Source: Candidatus Brocadiia bacterium (lineage in GTDB: Bacteria > Planctomycetota > Brocadiia > SM23-32). Taken from it: a stretch of DNA of 64,000 nt. Made by a program: the position numbers and the translations under genes. Location: assembly GCA_046538485.1 (NCBI GenBank), contig JBKHIT010000012.1, forward strand, positions 26,415 through 90,414. Direction: 5' to 3'. The notes below the pieces were generated by a model that saw only the letters and a list, made by a program, of their open reading frames with translations, searched no databases and was not told where the DNA came from. This document shows, piece by piece, positions 48,697-58,409 of the stretch. How positions within the stretch are numbered: position 1 is the stretch's first letter; every line of letters begins with the position of its first letter.

Positions 48697-50118
48697 CTAC
48701 TCATTGATCGGTTCAGGTTCAGCTCTCTCCCCATCCATCGAGTAAGGAAGCCGGTATGCGTTACCTTCCCTGTCACAAAAATAAATGCGTGATTTCGAAG
48801 GTTTTCTCCCATGCCCATCGGCCCAGAGAGCGTAAAAACCGGGGGAAGCGTTGGCCGGTCGGCGGGCGTAGGTGTGATTGTATTCGCTTCCTTGGGTGAT
48901 CTGGCGAACCTTTTCCCAGCGTTCTCCTTCATCTTTACTGGTCCACAAGGCCATCTCCCCACCCGGATTATAGGGCTGTGGGCCGGTTTCGGTCGGTCCG
49001 ATCACGCGCCAGCTGCTGTCTCCCTCCACGTGGAGGCAACCGGTATCGTAATTACTGTCGGATTCTGTGATCGTATTGAACTTCCACTCATCCCCATTCC
49101 AATGAGCCACTCTCCATATAAACGGAGCGCTTGCGGGACCCGGTTCCCAGCCGCCGCTGGTCACGTAAAGGACGACCGGGTTGCCCGCGCTATCAAAATT
49201 GATATCCTTCATGTAGACGTTGCGCCTTTTCTTCTCATAATTTCGCACGAGCGCCGGATTATCCACGTCACGCAGCGGTGGCTCAACTTTCTCACCGGAG
49301 ACCGTCCGCCAGGTTTCGCCCATATCCGAAGTTTCGAGATAATACAGGTTGGTTCGCCAGTTCAACCCCGCCTGCCCGTCGTCGCGACGCGGCGGATGGT
49401 AATTGAATGCGGTCCCCACTTTATCTTTCCAACGCCAGCTCACCTGGTAATGTCCTTCTGCGACCCTTGAAAGCCGCTGTCGTTCCCTCCAGCGGCGTCC
49501 GTCCTGCCCGGTCATCCACCACAGTGTTCGCCCGCCCTGTCCCTGCCAGGATTCGTATTTCGTGTGAGTGAACAACCATCCTCTATCGCCCATGAACCAC
49601 GCCTGGGGATATGAAAAGTTGAACCTGGCCGCCAATTCAAATTTCTCAATTGAATGGGGTCGGACACTTTTGAAAATGTACGCCGGCCTCGCCGTGCCAT
49701 GGGCCGAGGCAAAACACCACACATATCCCTCCTCGTCGAGCATGATCGTCACATTGTCATGGGCGTCGGAGGTTCCCTTATCCATGAGCAGTGTCGGACG
49801 CGGCACGGTGCCGGTTTTATGATCGTAGTACGATACCATTTCCAGGAGGCTACCTTCTTCGGACGCACCACCGTATGTGAAGAAGGTTTTGTCGACTTCG
49901 GCTGAGTAGAACGCGAGCGGGATATGCTTGGCACAATACGTGCCCAGTCCTCCGCTATATTTATAAACGTACTCATTCCCCGTCTTCTGATTCCAGTACC
50001 AGATGCCGCGGTATCCCGGTGCTTTCTCCTCGACAACGTTTCCCGGCTCAAGTTCGCCGGCGGAAAGAATTGCGCAGACGACGACTGCCACAAAGACCAC
50101 GACAAAGAAATGCATCAT
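48697..50118 (-). CDS. BNR-4 repeat beta-propeller protein (putative glycan lyase/hydrolase), secreted
   Basis: Signal peptide; DAHDN, FSYPQ, TSDMGETW, TSKDEGERW Asp-boxes. Confidence 0.8.
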   Translation of the reverse strand: MMHFFVVVFVAVVVCAILSAGELEPGNVVEEKAPGYRGIWYWNQKTGNEYVYKYSGGLGTYCAKHIPLAFYSAEVDKTFFTYGGASEEGSLLEMVSYYDHKTGTVPRPTLLMDKGTSDAHDNVTIMLDEEGYVWCFASAHGTARPAYIFKSVRPHSIEKFELAARFNFSYPQAWFMGDRGWLFTHTKYESWQGQGGRTLWWMTGQDGRRWRERQRLSRVAEGHYQVSWRWKDKVGTAFNYHPPRRDDGQAGLNWRTNLYYLETSDMGETWRTVSGEKVEPPLRDVDNPALVRNYEKKRRNVYMKDINFDSAGNPVVLYVTSGGWEPGPASAPFIWRVAHWNGDEWKFNTITESDSNYDTGCLHVEGDSSWRVIGPTETGPQPYNPGGEMALWTSKDEGERWEKVRQITQGSEYNHTYARRPANASPGFYALWADGHGRKPSKSRIYFCDREGNAYRLPYSMDGERAEPEPINE

Positions 50119-50228
50119 TTTTCTCACCTTCTGTCTTTTCAGGTAGAAGTATTTATCCTGTGTGAGCGTTCAAAATAAACGATTACCTTTTCTTCTGCGA
50201 CAAAAAGTCTTCCCCGGGTTCATTTTGT

Positions 50229-52382
50229 TTATTCGCTGTATACCCTCTGCTCACCATCGTATAAGGAGACGCTCAGGACACCATCCTCCAATCGCACGTC
50301 CTGCACCCGCGGCGAACCCGGATGGACTTCCAAAATGCTGCCGTAAACGCACTCGCGATCCCGGCAGCGTGCCAGGACCGTTCCACGGTGTTTTTCCGAC
50401 GGATTGCCCGGCGTCCGTCCGCAAGTAAGCTCCAGCGGACAATCCGATGTCGTTATCAAACGCAAGTACAGGTAATTGGCAAGCCGCCAGTCGGCGCGAA
50501 ACCGGTCGATGGAATCGGCTCGCTCGCCGACCTCAAACAGCGTCCAGTAACCCTCAGCCGGCAGAGGAACCAGATCCAGTGGTTCCCCGCCTTCCTCTTC
50601 CACTGTTTCCGCAACCATCTCCCCCAGAGAATGAAAAACAAAACCGAAACGGCGTTCCACAGGCGCAACACAACGGTCAATCAAAGCGACGATGGGAAAA
50701 TCAAAGAAAACAGACCGTTCCAACCGGACATCCTGATAAACGCCCGGTTCGGCCCGCTGATTCAACCGTTCGAAAAGATCTTCATTCCCCTCCTCCCCCA
50801 CAACCGCCGCGTGGGCTCTCGGCGGCTCGGCGTCCAGGTCCACCTCAAACAACTCCGAACGCATCTTACCCTGATCGGCCTCGTTCACAAGCAGCGTGTT
50901 ATGGGAAAACGTCCCGGTCAGGAAACTATCATAGGTATCGCGAACCTGCCCGCTGGGAAGGCCGAGATCGGAGGCAATAATGCGACCGAAAGCATGAAGC
51001 GAAACGGAAAGTTTATCGTGATGGTGATGCCCCGCAAATTGACCGCCTCCGCCGTAAAACCATAGCGTCGCGGGACCGCGTTCCGTATCCGCCCGGAACG
51101 TCACCATGCGCGTTCGTGGCAGGATGGAACTGCTGGCGGAAGGTTCGCACGGCGCGGGCAGCTCATCCAGGCCCCAGCCGAGAGCGGCCAGGCTCATCCG
51201 CGGCGCCCCGCACTTTCTGTACAGCATGGCAAGCACCGGCCCCCAGCGTTCCGGATCCACCTGCCCGGTCGCATATTCGTAGACGTGCCGCAGCTGCGTC
51301 AAAGAAAGTCTCCCCGGAGCCACACGGTCGCTGATGGTAAGGAAATCCAGGTTGGAATCGACGAGTTTAAGCGGAGCTTCAAAAAAGGCCTCAAATCTCT
51401 CGCGCAAATCGTCATCGATCGCCTCTTCCTGTTCTCCAATCCGATAGAGGGGAATTAAAGCTGTGAGGGAATAAAAAAAGCTATAGAACGGCGCCGTCTC
51501 AACCCAGTGCCCGTCCGGCTCGCCCGTATCTTCGGCCCGCGGAATGCCGCCGCGGAGCAACGTCTGAAGACCGCACTGCTCGTAAAATAAAGCTTTCTCC
51601 ACCCATTCCGGACGGTTCAGATGTTGACCGAGAAGCGCCAGCGCCGACATCCCCCAGCAGGACATATTATGGACCATCATTACGCTGAGCCAGTCGGACA
51701 GTTTCTCTCCCACTTTTTCAAGAACATCTTGCTCGACGGCTCGACGGCATTCCTCACTGCTTCCCGGTGCATCATCCACGAGTTGCAGAGCCTGAAGCAC
51801 CTGAAGCATACACTGGGCTTCGTAGAGGCCCCCGTAGACTATGCCGTTGCCGCTTTCCTCGCCGCCGGGAGGGCTCCGGTATAGTTCGACCAGGTTTTCC
51901 AATCCCCGCCACACCCACCGGCTGTACCGTTCGTCGCCCGTCAGGCTGTGGAGGAACCCCAGGCTCGTCATCAGTCGGCGGATTCGCTCGTGGCAAAGTG
52001 TCACGCGGGCCGCACGCCGCAAATCGTTCCATTCGGCCCGACGACACAATCGGGGGTCCCGGGGAGGAGCGTCCGAGTGGGGATCGAAGATCACGTGCTG
52101 ACCTTTCCCCGTCCGATACATTCCACACCGACCTCCCGGTTTCCCTTCAATAAATACGGGATCCTCCTTCAGAATCCGTTCGGCTTCTTCCTTGCAAACC
52201 TCGACAGCCCGGCGGGCCCAGTCCAGGTTTTCCGCTTTCCGTGCGATTTCTCCGGCGCGATCGGCACCGATATAAAGACTCGGCCAGACGTCTTCGATGA
52301 CCATTCCGGAATCTTCCGGCGAAAAAACGTTGGGCCAGCCAAAAGTGGGACGCGAACTGCTGTCGAGGTCTGGATCGCTCAT
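50229..52382 (-). CDS. Heparinase II/III family polysaccharide lyase-like protein
   Basis: HNMSCW, DGHWVE, GHHHHDKLS, SDLG, SHNTLLVNEADQ. Confidence 0.8.
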   Translation of the reverse strand: MSDPDLDSSSRPTFGWPNVFSPEDSGMVIEDVWPSLYIGADRAGEIARKAENLDWARRAVEVCKEEAERILKEDPVFIEGKPGGRCGMYRTGKGQHVIFDPHSDAPPRDPRLCRRAEWNDLRRAARVTLCHERIRRLMTSLGFLHSLTGDERYSRWVWRGLENLVELYRSPPGGEESGNGIVYGGLYEAQCMLQVLQALQLVDDAPGSSEECRRAVEQDVLEKVGEKLSDWLSVMMVHNMSCWGMSALALLGQHLNRPEWVEKALFYEQCGLQTLLRGGIPRAEDTGEPDGHWVETAPFYSFFYSLTALIPLYRIGEQEEAIDDDLRERFEAFFEAPLKLVDSNLDFLTISDRVAPGRLSLTQLRHVYEYATGQVDPERWGPVLAMLYRKCGAPRMSLAALGWGLDELPAPCEPSASSSILPRTRMVTFRADTERGPATLWFYGGGGQFAGHHHHDKLSVSLHAFGRIIASDLGLPSGQVRDTYDSFLTGTFSHNTLLVNEADQGKMRSELFEVDLDAEPPRAHAAVVGEEGNEDLFERLNQRAEPGVYQDVRLERSVFFDFPIVALIDRCVAPVERRFGFVFHSLGEMVAETVEEEGGEPLDLVPLPAEGYWTLFEVGERADSIDRFRADWRLANYLYLRLITTSDCPLELTCGRTPGNPSEKHRGTVLARCRDRECVYGSILEVHPGSPRVQDVRLEDGVLSVSLYDGEQRVYSE

Positions 52383-52552
52383 AGAAAATCTCCGTTCTTC
52401 CTTACCTGTTCCCCCGGCCTCCGAAGGCTTTCAGCCCTCTGCAGGCCGGGCTTTTATCAGCTAATGCTCCTTCTGGCAAATGCCGCAGCTTGCCGTGCTC
52501 TGAACCCGAAGCACGGCTCCACCGACGCAAGGTCAGAAATACCGCTTCCTGG

Positions 52553-52690
52553 GTCATTGCGAGCCCATCGCAAGGTGGGCGAAGCAATCTCGTCGTTTTG
52601 TTGGCCCAACAGCGAGATTGCCGCGGCGCTCCGTTGTGCGGAACGCCTCGCAATGACATTTGAAAACCTGGACGGCTGATGTAACGCAGG
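52553..52690. repeat. CGTC-type REPIN-like long hairpin, copy 2
   Basis: GTCATTGCGAG...CTCGCAATGAC; matches 36595-36731. Confidence 0.85.
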
Positions 52691-52707
52691 CTATGCGCGT
52701 ACCAAGG

Positions 52708-53976
52708 TCAGTGGTAGCTCAGCGCGATTTCACGCGGTGTGGTTCCGCTCCGTGACGCTTCGGCCGCCGTTTTCCCGGTGGCTTCTCCCATCGCAACAGC
52801 GTTGCCGGCAACCCGATAACTGGAATGCGCCAGGAAATCGCCGCTGATGCACCGACCCGCCATCATCAATCCCTCCACATCAGCGGATACAAGCGCTCTC
52901 AACGGTATATCATAAGGCTGAACGTCGATTTCAGAAGGTTCGATGCCTTTTTGCTTTGCCGGGTCGAGCGAATGCACGTCGACCGGAAACGTGGTCCGGC
53001 ACACCGCGTCAGGATGCCGACTTCCTTCCACCATGTCATCTTGCGAAACCGTGTAAATCCCCTTCAATCGCCGTCCTTCCCGCACGCCGATCTGGTCGGC
53101 CGTCGCGACAATATGCACGTTCTTCCAGGGGCCTCCCGGGGAGCGCAATCCATCGATTAAATTATGCACTTCCCGTCGTGCTTCCACCGTGGCCTCCGTC
53201 AAATCATCCGCATCGGTACCATGATATCCGTATTCGTGGTTGGCCATAAGCGCAAAAAGATCATCGCGAATATGGATCAACGTCGGACGGCTGTAGGACG
53301 GAGAACACCCGCCCTGTTCCATCGCTTCCCGGAGATGCCTTTTAGGAGCGCTCCAATCCATATCATCGCTCGACCTGTAAAATTCGGACACCTCGTCCGC
53401 CCGCACACCTGACAGCAACAATATAAGGCTCATCGGCTGCACCTGGCCCGTATTCGGATGACCCATCTCAAAATCGCATCCAGCGAGCCAACCCAGATGA
53501 CCATCACCGGTGCAGTCGATAAAACAATCCGCCCCAATGGCCTCACGTCCCGATGCCGATTCCAGCACCGCATGTGTTAGTCTATCATTATCGACGCGGG
53601 CATCGGCGACGCGAGTGTAAAGTCGCACGTTCACAGAAGCCTCGGCGCATAACTCGTCCAGCAACAGCTTGACTTTCTCCGGATCGAAAGCGGGCCGCCG
53701 CAGATCCACCTCGTCGGTACGGGCGTTCATACCGTTGAGACGTTCAATAAGCTCGCGCATCATACCATCCTTATTCTGGCTATCGAGGAAGACGGCAAGC
53801 AGGCCGGCCGTCCAGATACCGCCCAGACATCCGTGCTGCTCGACCAGGATGGTCTCTGCACCATCGCGGCCAGCTTTCAACGCCGCGGCCACCCCGGCCG
53901 GGCCTCCCCCACAAACGGCCACATCAAACGAACCCATGACCGGCGTCTCGCGGGCCGGTTCATTGATACAATTCAT
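52708..53976 (-). CDS. FAD-dependent oxidoreductase (FAD_oxidored-type)
   Basis: VCGGGPAG, IDCTGDG, GVREGRR, IPLRAL, AGRCISG. Confidence 0.9.
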   Translation of the reverse strand: MNCINEPARETPVMGSFDVAVCGGGPAGVAAALKAGRDGAETILVEQHGCLGGIWTAGLLAVFLDSQNKDGMMRELIERLNGMNARTDEVDLRRPAFDPEKVKLLLDELCAEASVNVRLYTRVADARVDNDRLTHAVLESASGREAIGADCFIDCTGDGHLGWLAGCDFEMGHPNTGQVQPMSLILLLSGVRADEVSEFYRSSDDMDWSAPKRHLREAMEQGGCSPSYSRPTLIHIRDDLFALMANHEYGYHGTDADDLTEATVEARREVHNLIDGLRSPGGPWKNVHIVATADQIGVREGRRLKGIYTVSQDDMVEGSRHPDAVCRTTFPVDVHSLDPAKQKGIEPSEIDVQPYDIPLRALVSADVEGLMMAGRCISGDFLAHSSYRVAGNAVAMGEATGKTAAEASRSGTTPREIALSYH

Positions 53977-55061
53977 TGTTCTGCATCCTCGTCTGGAATG
54001 GTGTATTCGACTTCAATCTTCTGGAAATCCTCGCGCGCCGACTTTTCAGCGGCCAGGCATACCGCGTGGCTTCGCCAGGCATCTTCGGCATCCTGCAGAT
54101 GGGGCCGTCCTTCGGCGCAGGCTTTCAGGAAAGCCCGGCGGTTGGCGCCGATATCGTGACAGGCGGCAGGGTCCGACAGTTCTTCCGTCCGCTCGTGTTC
54201 GGGCCGCTTACCCTCCCCGGATGCCGGATAATCCTTCAACTTAACGACAAATATCTCGTTCCGGATTGCGTCGAGCCGAATGGCACCTTCCTCACCGGTG
54301 AAAACAAAATACATGCCGTGTCCCATGGGGTATTCATACTCTTCCGACTCGTGGCCCTGCGAACTCAAAGCATGACCGGTAGCGATATGGCTCATCGCGC
54401 CGTCCTCGAAAAACAAATGCGTGAATACATTGTCCGGCATACCTTTCTGATATTGAGGCAGAACGTTTGGCGTTTTAAAACTCTGAACGTGAGTGACTTC
54501 TCCCAGAATCCAGCGCATGAAATCGACCTCGTGGCAGACCTCCATGAAATACAGTCCGCCGCTCCTGTCGGGATTGAGCCGCCATTTCCCGGAACCTTCG
54601 GGCAACCAGCATCCGCGATGATGCACGAATTCGATTCCCACGGGCGCGCCGATCTCGCCGGAATCAACGATTTCTTTCACGCGCCGGGGCCCGGAAGAAG
54701 CTCGCATTTCAAAATCGATCGCCAGTTGCCCGTCCGCGTTCCGGTCAGCGAGAAGCATCCGATTCATCTCTTCCCGGTTTATCCCCATTGGTTTCTCGCA
54801 GAACACGTGTTTGTTTTCCTCAAGGAAACAACACGCCATCTCACAGTGAAGCCAGTTAGGGGTGGAGATCACAACAGCATCAAGGTCCGGGTCAGATGCC
54901 ATTTCGCGATAATCCGTATAGCCTTTCACATCGGGGTGTTTGGCCACGTACCCGTCGACTTTTTCTTCATTTATGTCACAGACCGCCCGCGTCGTGCAGA
55001 AATCGGTTTCGTCATGCATCAACCATCCGATATATCCGACATGCAACTTCTCTGTCATCAT
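53973..55061 (-). CDS. Gfo/Idh/MocA family oxidoreductase
   Basis: STPNWLH, KHVFCEKPM, SGGLYFMEVCHEVD. Confidence 0.88.
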   Translation of the reverse strand: MMTEKLHVGYIGWLMHDETDFCTTRAVCDINEEKVDGYVAKHPDVKGYTDYREMASDPDLDAVVISTPNWLHCEMACCFLEENKHVFCEKPMGINREEMNRMLLADRNADGQLAIDFEMRASSGPRRVKEIVDSGEIGAPVGIEFVHHRGCWLPEGSGKWRLNPDRSGGLYFMEVCHEVDFMRWILGEVTHVQSFKTPNVLPQYQKGMPDNVFTHLFFEDGAMSHIATGHALSSQGHESEEYEYPMGHGMYFVFTGEEGAIRLDAIRNEIFVVKLKDYPASGEGKRPEHERTEELSDPAACHDIGANRRAFLKACAEGRPHLQDAEDAWRSHAVCLAAEKSAREDFQKIEVEYTIPDEDAEQ

Positions 55062-55076
55062 CTTCTCCATTAAATT

Positions 55077-55127
55077 GAGCAGACTGGACTTCAGACCCAC
55101 CCGGTGGGGCTGGAGTTCAGAATGCGG
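55077..55127. repeat. Stand-alone CTGGACTTCAG hairpin module
   Basis: CTGGACTTCAG-ACCCACCCGGTGGGG-CTGGAGTTCAGAATGCGG. Confidence 0.85.
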
Positions 55128-55239
55128 CACACAACAAATCATTGCCAGAATTAAAGCAACGCTTTTTTCTTAAACTGCGAAAAAATTCTCCAGAAAGAAA
55201 GAACCGTTCCCGGTACTCCGGCCTGAATCCTGGTGTATA

Positions 55240-56739
55240 TCAATCCCCCAGATACTCCACTTTCCGACGTCTGGGAACCACGTTTCGGTAACCGGGAATC
55301 CTGTAGGGTCTCATGCTCACTGCTATCATCCGTTCGAGCAGTTCCAGCTTTTTATCCGTGCAGGCCGGATCCTTGTACAGATTGTTCTGTTCTTTCGGGT
55401 CTTCCAGCAAATTGAACATCTGCCCTTCGTTTGATTCGTGGTAACGCGTCAGACGCCACCAATCGTCGGTAACCACCGACTGCACTCCCCGGTAATTCAC
55501 GGCTATTTCATTCCACTGTTCCTCATCCTCTTCGCCAAAACAGGTGCCCGCAAAAGATTTGCCTTCGATCGGTGGCCAGACGTCACGGCTCGCCTCGGCT
55601 ATTTCACAAAACGTGGGGAAAAAATCAAGCGCACACACCATGCGATCCGTTGTCCTCTGTTCGGTCCCACCGCCCCATACGATAAGCGGACACCGGATGC
55701 AACCATCGTAATGCACGAACCCTTTGGCCATAAATCCATGATCACCCATCATATCTCCGTGATCCGTGGTAAAGACCACCACGGTATCTTCAACGAGGTC
55801 CCGTTCTTCGAGGAACTTTATAATTCGTGCGATCTGATCGTCCATAAACCGGATCGAGCCGTGGTAGAGGGCCGCCGCTTCCCGGAAGATGGGTGGATTC
55901 TTCTCCCGGATCACTTTGCAATTCAGCGCGTTGTGGTCGTCCAGACATTCCGGTCCCTGCTCTCTCCATTCCTGAGGAAGCGGCTCGGGCATATCTTCGG
56001 CATTGTACATCTTGCTGTAGGGTTCGGGCGGATCGTAAGGATCGTGCGGATCGACGTACGAAATCTGGCAGAAAAACGGTTCGTCCGGCCGGTTCTCCAG
56101 ATGTTCTTCCATAAATTTCAGACCGAGATCGGTGATGTATTTGGTGTCATGAACTTCCGCCGGGAATGGGGACGGAAACATGTGGGCATATTGCGTTTCC
56201 TTCATCAGCGGCCGGAATACGCGTTCGCGGGCCTTCTCACGCAGGCGCAGCTGTTCCTCCGTCAGGTGACCCTTATGTTTTCCGAGTCGCCCGAGCGCCA
56301 GTTCGTAATATTCCGGATGTTCATCGCGGATCCACTGCAGGTACGGGCCCCGTTTGTCATCCTCAACGATTGTAAACTCGTCGAACCCCAAATCGTCGAG
56401 AACACGCGGGTGAGGGGAACTTGTCCCTTCTCGGTGGAACTTTCCGAATCCTCCAATATGGTAACCCTCCCGTTTCAGCACGTGGGCGTAGGTTGGGTTA
56501 TCCGCGTGCAACTCGCAGCCGCCGGCGATCAAACCATGGACGCCCGGCGTCCGGCTCGTCAGCATCGTCGCCCGATTGGGCAGACAGATGGGGAACGTCG
56601 TATAACAACGGTCGAACCTCAACCCCTCCCCGGCAAGTCGATCCAGCGTCGAAGAGGATTCAATTTCTCCGCCGTAGCAATGAAGTTGCCTGGCAGCAAG
56701 CTGATCAGCCTGCAGGAAAACGATGTTTTTCGGGCCCAT
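55240..56739 (-). CDS. Sulfatase (formylglycine type)
   Basis: ADQL, CLPNRATMLT (CxPxR), GKFH, DPHDPY, TTDHGD. Confidence 0.93.
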   Translation of the reverse strand: MGPKNIVFLQADQLAARQLHCYGGEIESSSTLDRLAGEGLRFDRCYTTFPICLPNRATMLTSRTPGVHGLIAGGCELHADNPTYAHVLKREGYHIGGFGKFHREGTSSPHPRVLDDLGFDEFTIVEDDKRGPYLQWIRDEHPEYYELALGRLGKHKGHLTEEQLRLREKARERVFRPLMKETQYAHMFPSPFPAEVHDTKYITDLGLKFMEEHLENRPDEPFFCQISYVDPHDPYDPPEPYSKMYNAEDMPEPLPQEWREQGPECLDDHNALNCKVIREKNPPIFREAAALYHGSIRFMDDQIARIIKFLEERDLVEDTVVVFTTDHGDMMGDHGFMAKGFVHYDGCIRCPLIVWGGGTEQRTTDRMVCALDFFPTFCEIAEASRDVWPPIEGKSFAGTCFGEEDEEQWNEIAVNYRGVQSVVTDDWWRLTRYHESNEGQMFNLLEDPKEQNNLYKDPACTDKKLELLERMIAVSMRPYRIPGYRNVVPRRRKVEYLGD

Positions 56740-56764
56740 ATCAACACTTCTCCGTGACAAACAC

Positions 56765-56913
56765 AGCTCCTATTCACATTTGCAGAAAAAATCGCCGTTC
56801 ATGCACCCAAACATACCGGGCGCCCGTCGCCGGAAAGAGCCCGCGAAGCGGGCTCTTGACCGCTTTTCACTCATTTTAGGTCTTCCGGTTGTCTGCAAAC
56901 ATGAATACGAGCC
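56765..56913. mobile_element. MITE (149 bp), copy 2
   Basis: Same TIRs as 25185-25332; TSD ACAAACAC at 56757-56764 and 56914-56921. Confidence 0.9.
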
Positions 56914-57224
56914 ACAAACACAGTCGTTAAACGGTAGTCAAATGTATTGGGGCATAGCTTAAACAACAAACGACATAGCGGCGACAAATCGCCGCACTCC
57001 AGAGATGCCGCTCCGCGCCATCGGGCTTCAAACGTGCCGGGGTAGCTGCGGAACCGTTCGGCGGCGGATAGCACCTTATTTTCATGCGCGCCACGTGGAT
57101 GTGCAGGGCTTGACATATCGAGCCAGGCCTTGAGAAATGCTTATTTGGGAAACCAGTCCCCTATTTATACCAGCTTCAGATAAGCTGTCCATCCCATTTC
57201 GCGCCGATTCTTTTTCGATATGCG

Positions 57225-58409
57225 TCAGACCAGCTCGGAGAGGGCTTCAAGAATCTCTTCGCCCGCCCCGGGTGGAAGAGCCGTGCGGCAGAATTCCGGC
57301 GGATCGTTTTCACGCAGTTCGACGCCGTATCCCCCAGTTTTGTACGCCTCACGGGTCGGGATATAACCCGGCCAGCCGTTGGCATAACCAACGAAAAATA
57401 CGTGCTCGAAATCAACCCCACGCCTGAACTCCAGCTGAAATTCAACGAATACCTCGCCGGGCACAAACGCAAACAAAACCGATCCCAATTCGAGGACTGA
57501 TATCTCCACCTCCACCTTAATATCCGGCTGAACGCGGCTGGGAAAAGTCAACACTCGGCTGCGAAAACTCAACGCGTTCGCGTCAAGCTGTTCCGAAAAC
57601 TCGAGCAGATTTAGCACTTCAGAACCCAGACGGCTGCCTACATCTTCCGCAGCACTCGTATCCGCCCGCATGCATACCTGCGGGTGGACGTTGCCCGCTG
57701 CCCCATTGAAAAACAGCACCGGCACAGCATCATAGTTTTCCTGGATGCGAGACCGGGCCACTCCGGGGTAATCCGGACTGAACCACCGGCACTCGGGACC
57801 GAGCGTCAGAGCATGGGCCGTCCAGTTGAACAAAATCCCGATCGGGATCTCGTCGGACGAATTACATGAAAGCGCCAGCAAAGTGGGATCCACCGGCCCT
57901 TCAGTCTCGCCGGGCACGTGTTCCAGAACCATCCGCGAGCGACCATCCTCGTCGGTGACACGGCGGTTATGAGAAAGTTCCAGTTGTCCTGCTCCCAGAG
58001 ACAACGAACATAGTTCGGTCGATCGAGTCGCTTCTACCACCGCAGAAGCGATTCTTGAATTCAATACCTGTACCTCATCGTCCCCGGGACGGGTGCCGAA
58101 CAGATACGTATTCTCTGGACCGGAATGCGTGTGAGTCGCCGCAACAATCGTTTGCGGGCCATCCAATTCCGGAACGGTTTCTCCAACTTCACGCCGAATC
58201 CGACGAACGTCCATTAACCGGATCAGCGCCAGATCACAGGAGCAAAGAGCAACCGATGTCCCTCCATCGGAAAGAAATAAAATGTTAGCGAGCAGTGGCA
58301 TATGAACCCCCTCCGCACGGCGCGCTTTCTCCCCGTGTATGATAGGAAAGCATGCAATCCGAGCGCCCTCGGGAGGCGTAATATCCACAGTCGCCGTGCC
58401 GGCTATCAT
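57225..58409 (-). CDS. Neutral/alkaline ceramidase N-terminal-like amidohydrolase
   Basis: VDITP, ATHTHSGP, PDYPG, NGAAGN, PGEVFVE, GYIPT. Confidence 0.8.
   Translation of the reverse strand: MIAGTATVDITPPEGARIACFPIIHGEKARRAEGVHMPLLANILFLSDGGTSVALCSCDLALIRLMDVRRIRREVGETVPELDGPQTIVAATHTHSGPENTYLFGTRPGDDEVQVLNSRIASAVVEATRSTELCSLSLGAGQLELSHNRRVTDEDGRSRMVLEHVPGETEGPVDPTLLALSCNSSDEIPIGILFNWTAHALTLGPECRWFSPDYPGVARSRIQENYDAVPVLFFNGAAGNVHPQVCMRADTSAAEDVGSRLGSEVLNLLEFSEQLDANALSFRSRVLTFPSRVQPDIKVEVEISVLELGSVLFAFVPGEVFVEFQLEFRRGVDFEHVFFVGYANGWPGYIPTREAYKTGGYGVELRENDPPEFCRTALPPGAGEEILEALSELV

Noticed and set aside
50194..50203. Single TGTCGCAGA half-site upstream of the BNR-4 gene
   Set aside because: No partner half-site 21 bp away
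23185..56757. Long antisense ORFs (23185-24318, 24066-25094, 28216-29409, 37260-38348, 53976-55073, 55438-56757)
   Set aside because: Shadows of well-supported opposite-strand genes in GC-rich DNA, with no motifs
13746..57004. CRISPR array interpretation of the recurring repeats
   Set aside because: Repeats are dispersed and modular, not regularly spaced with unique spacers; no cas genes
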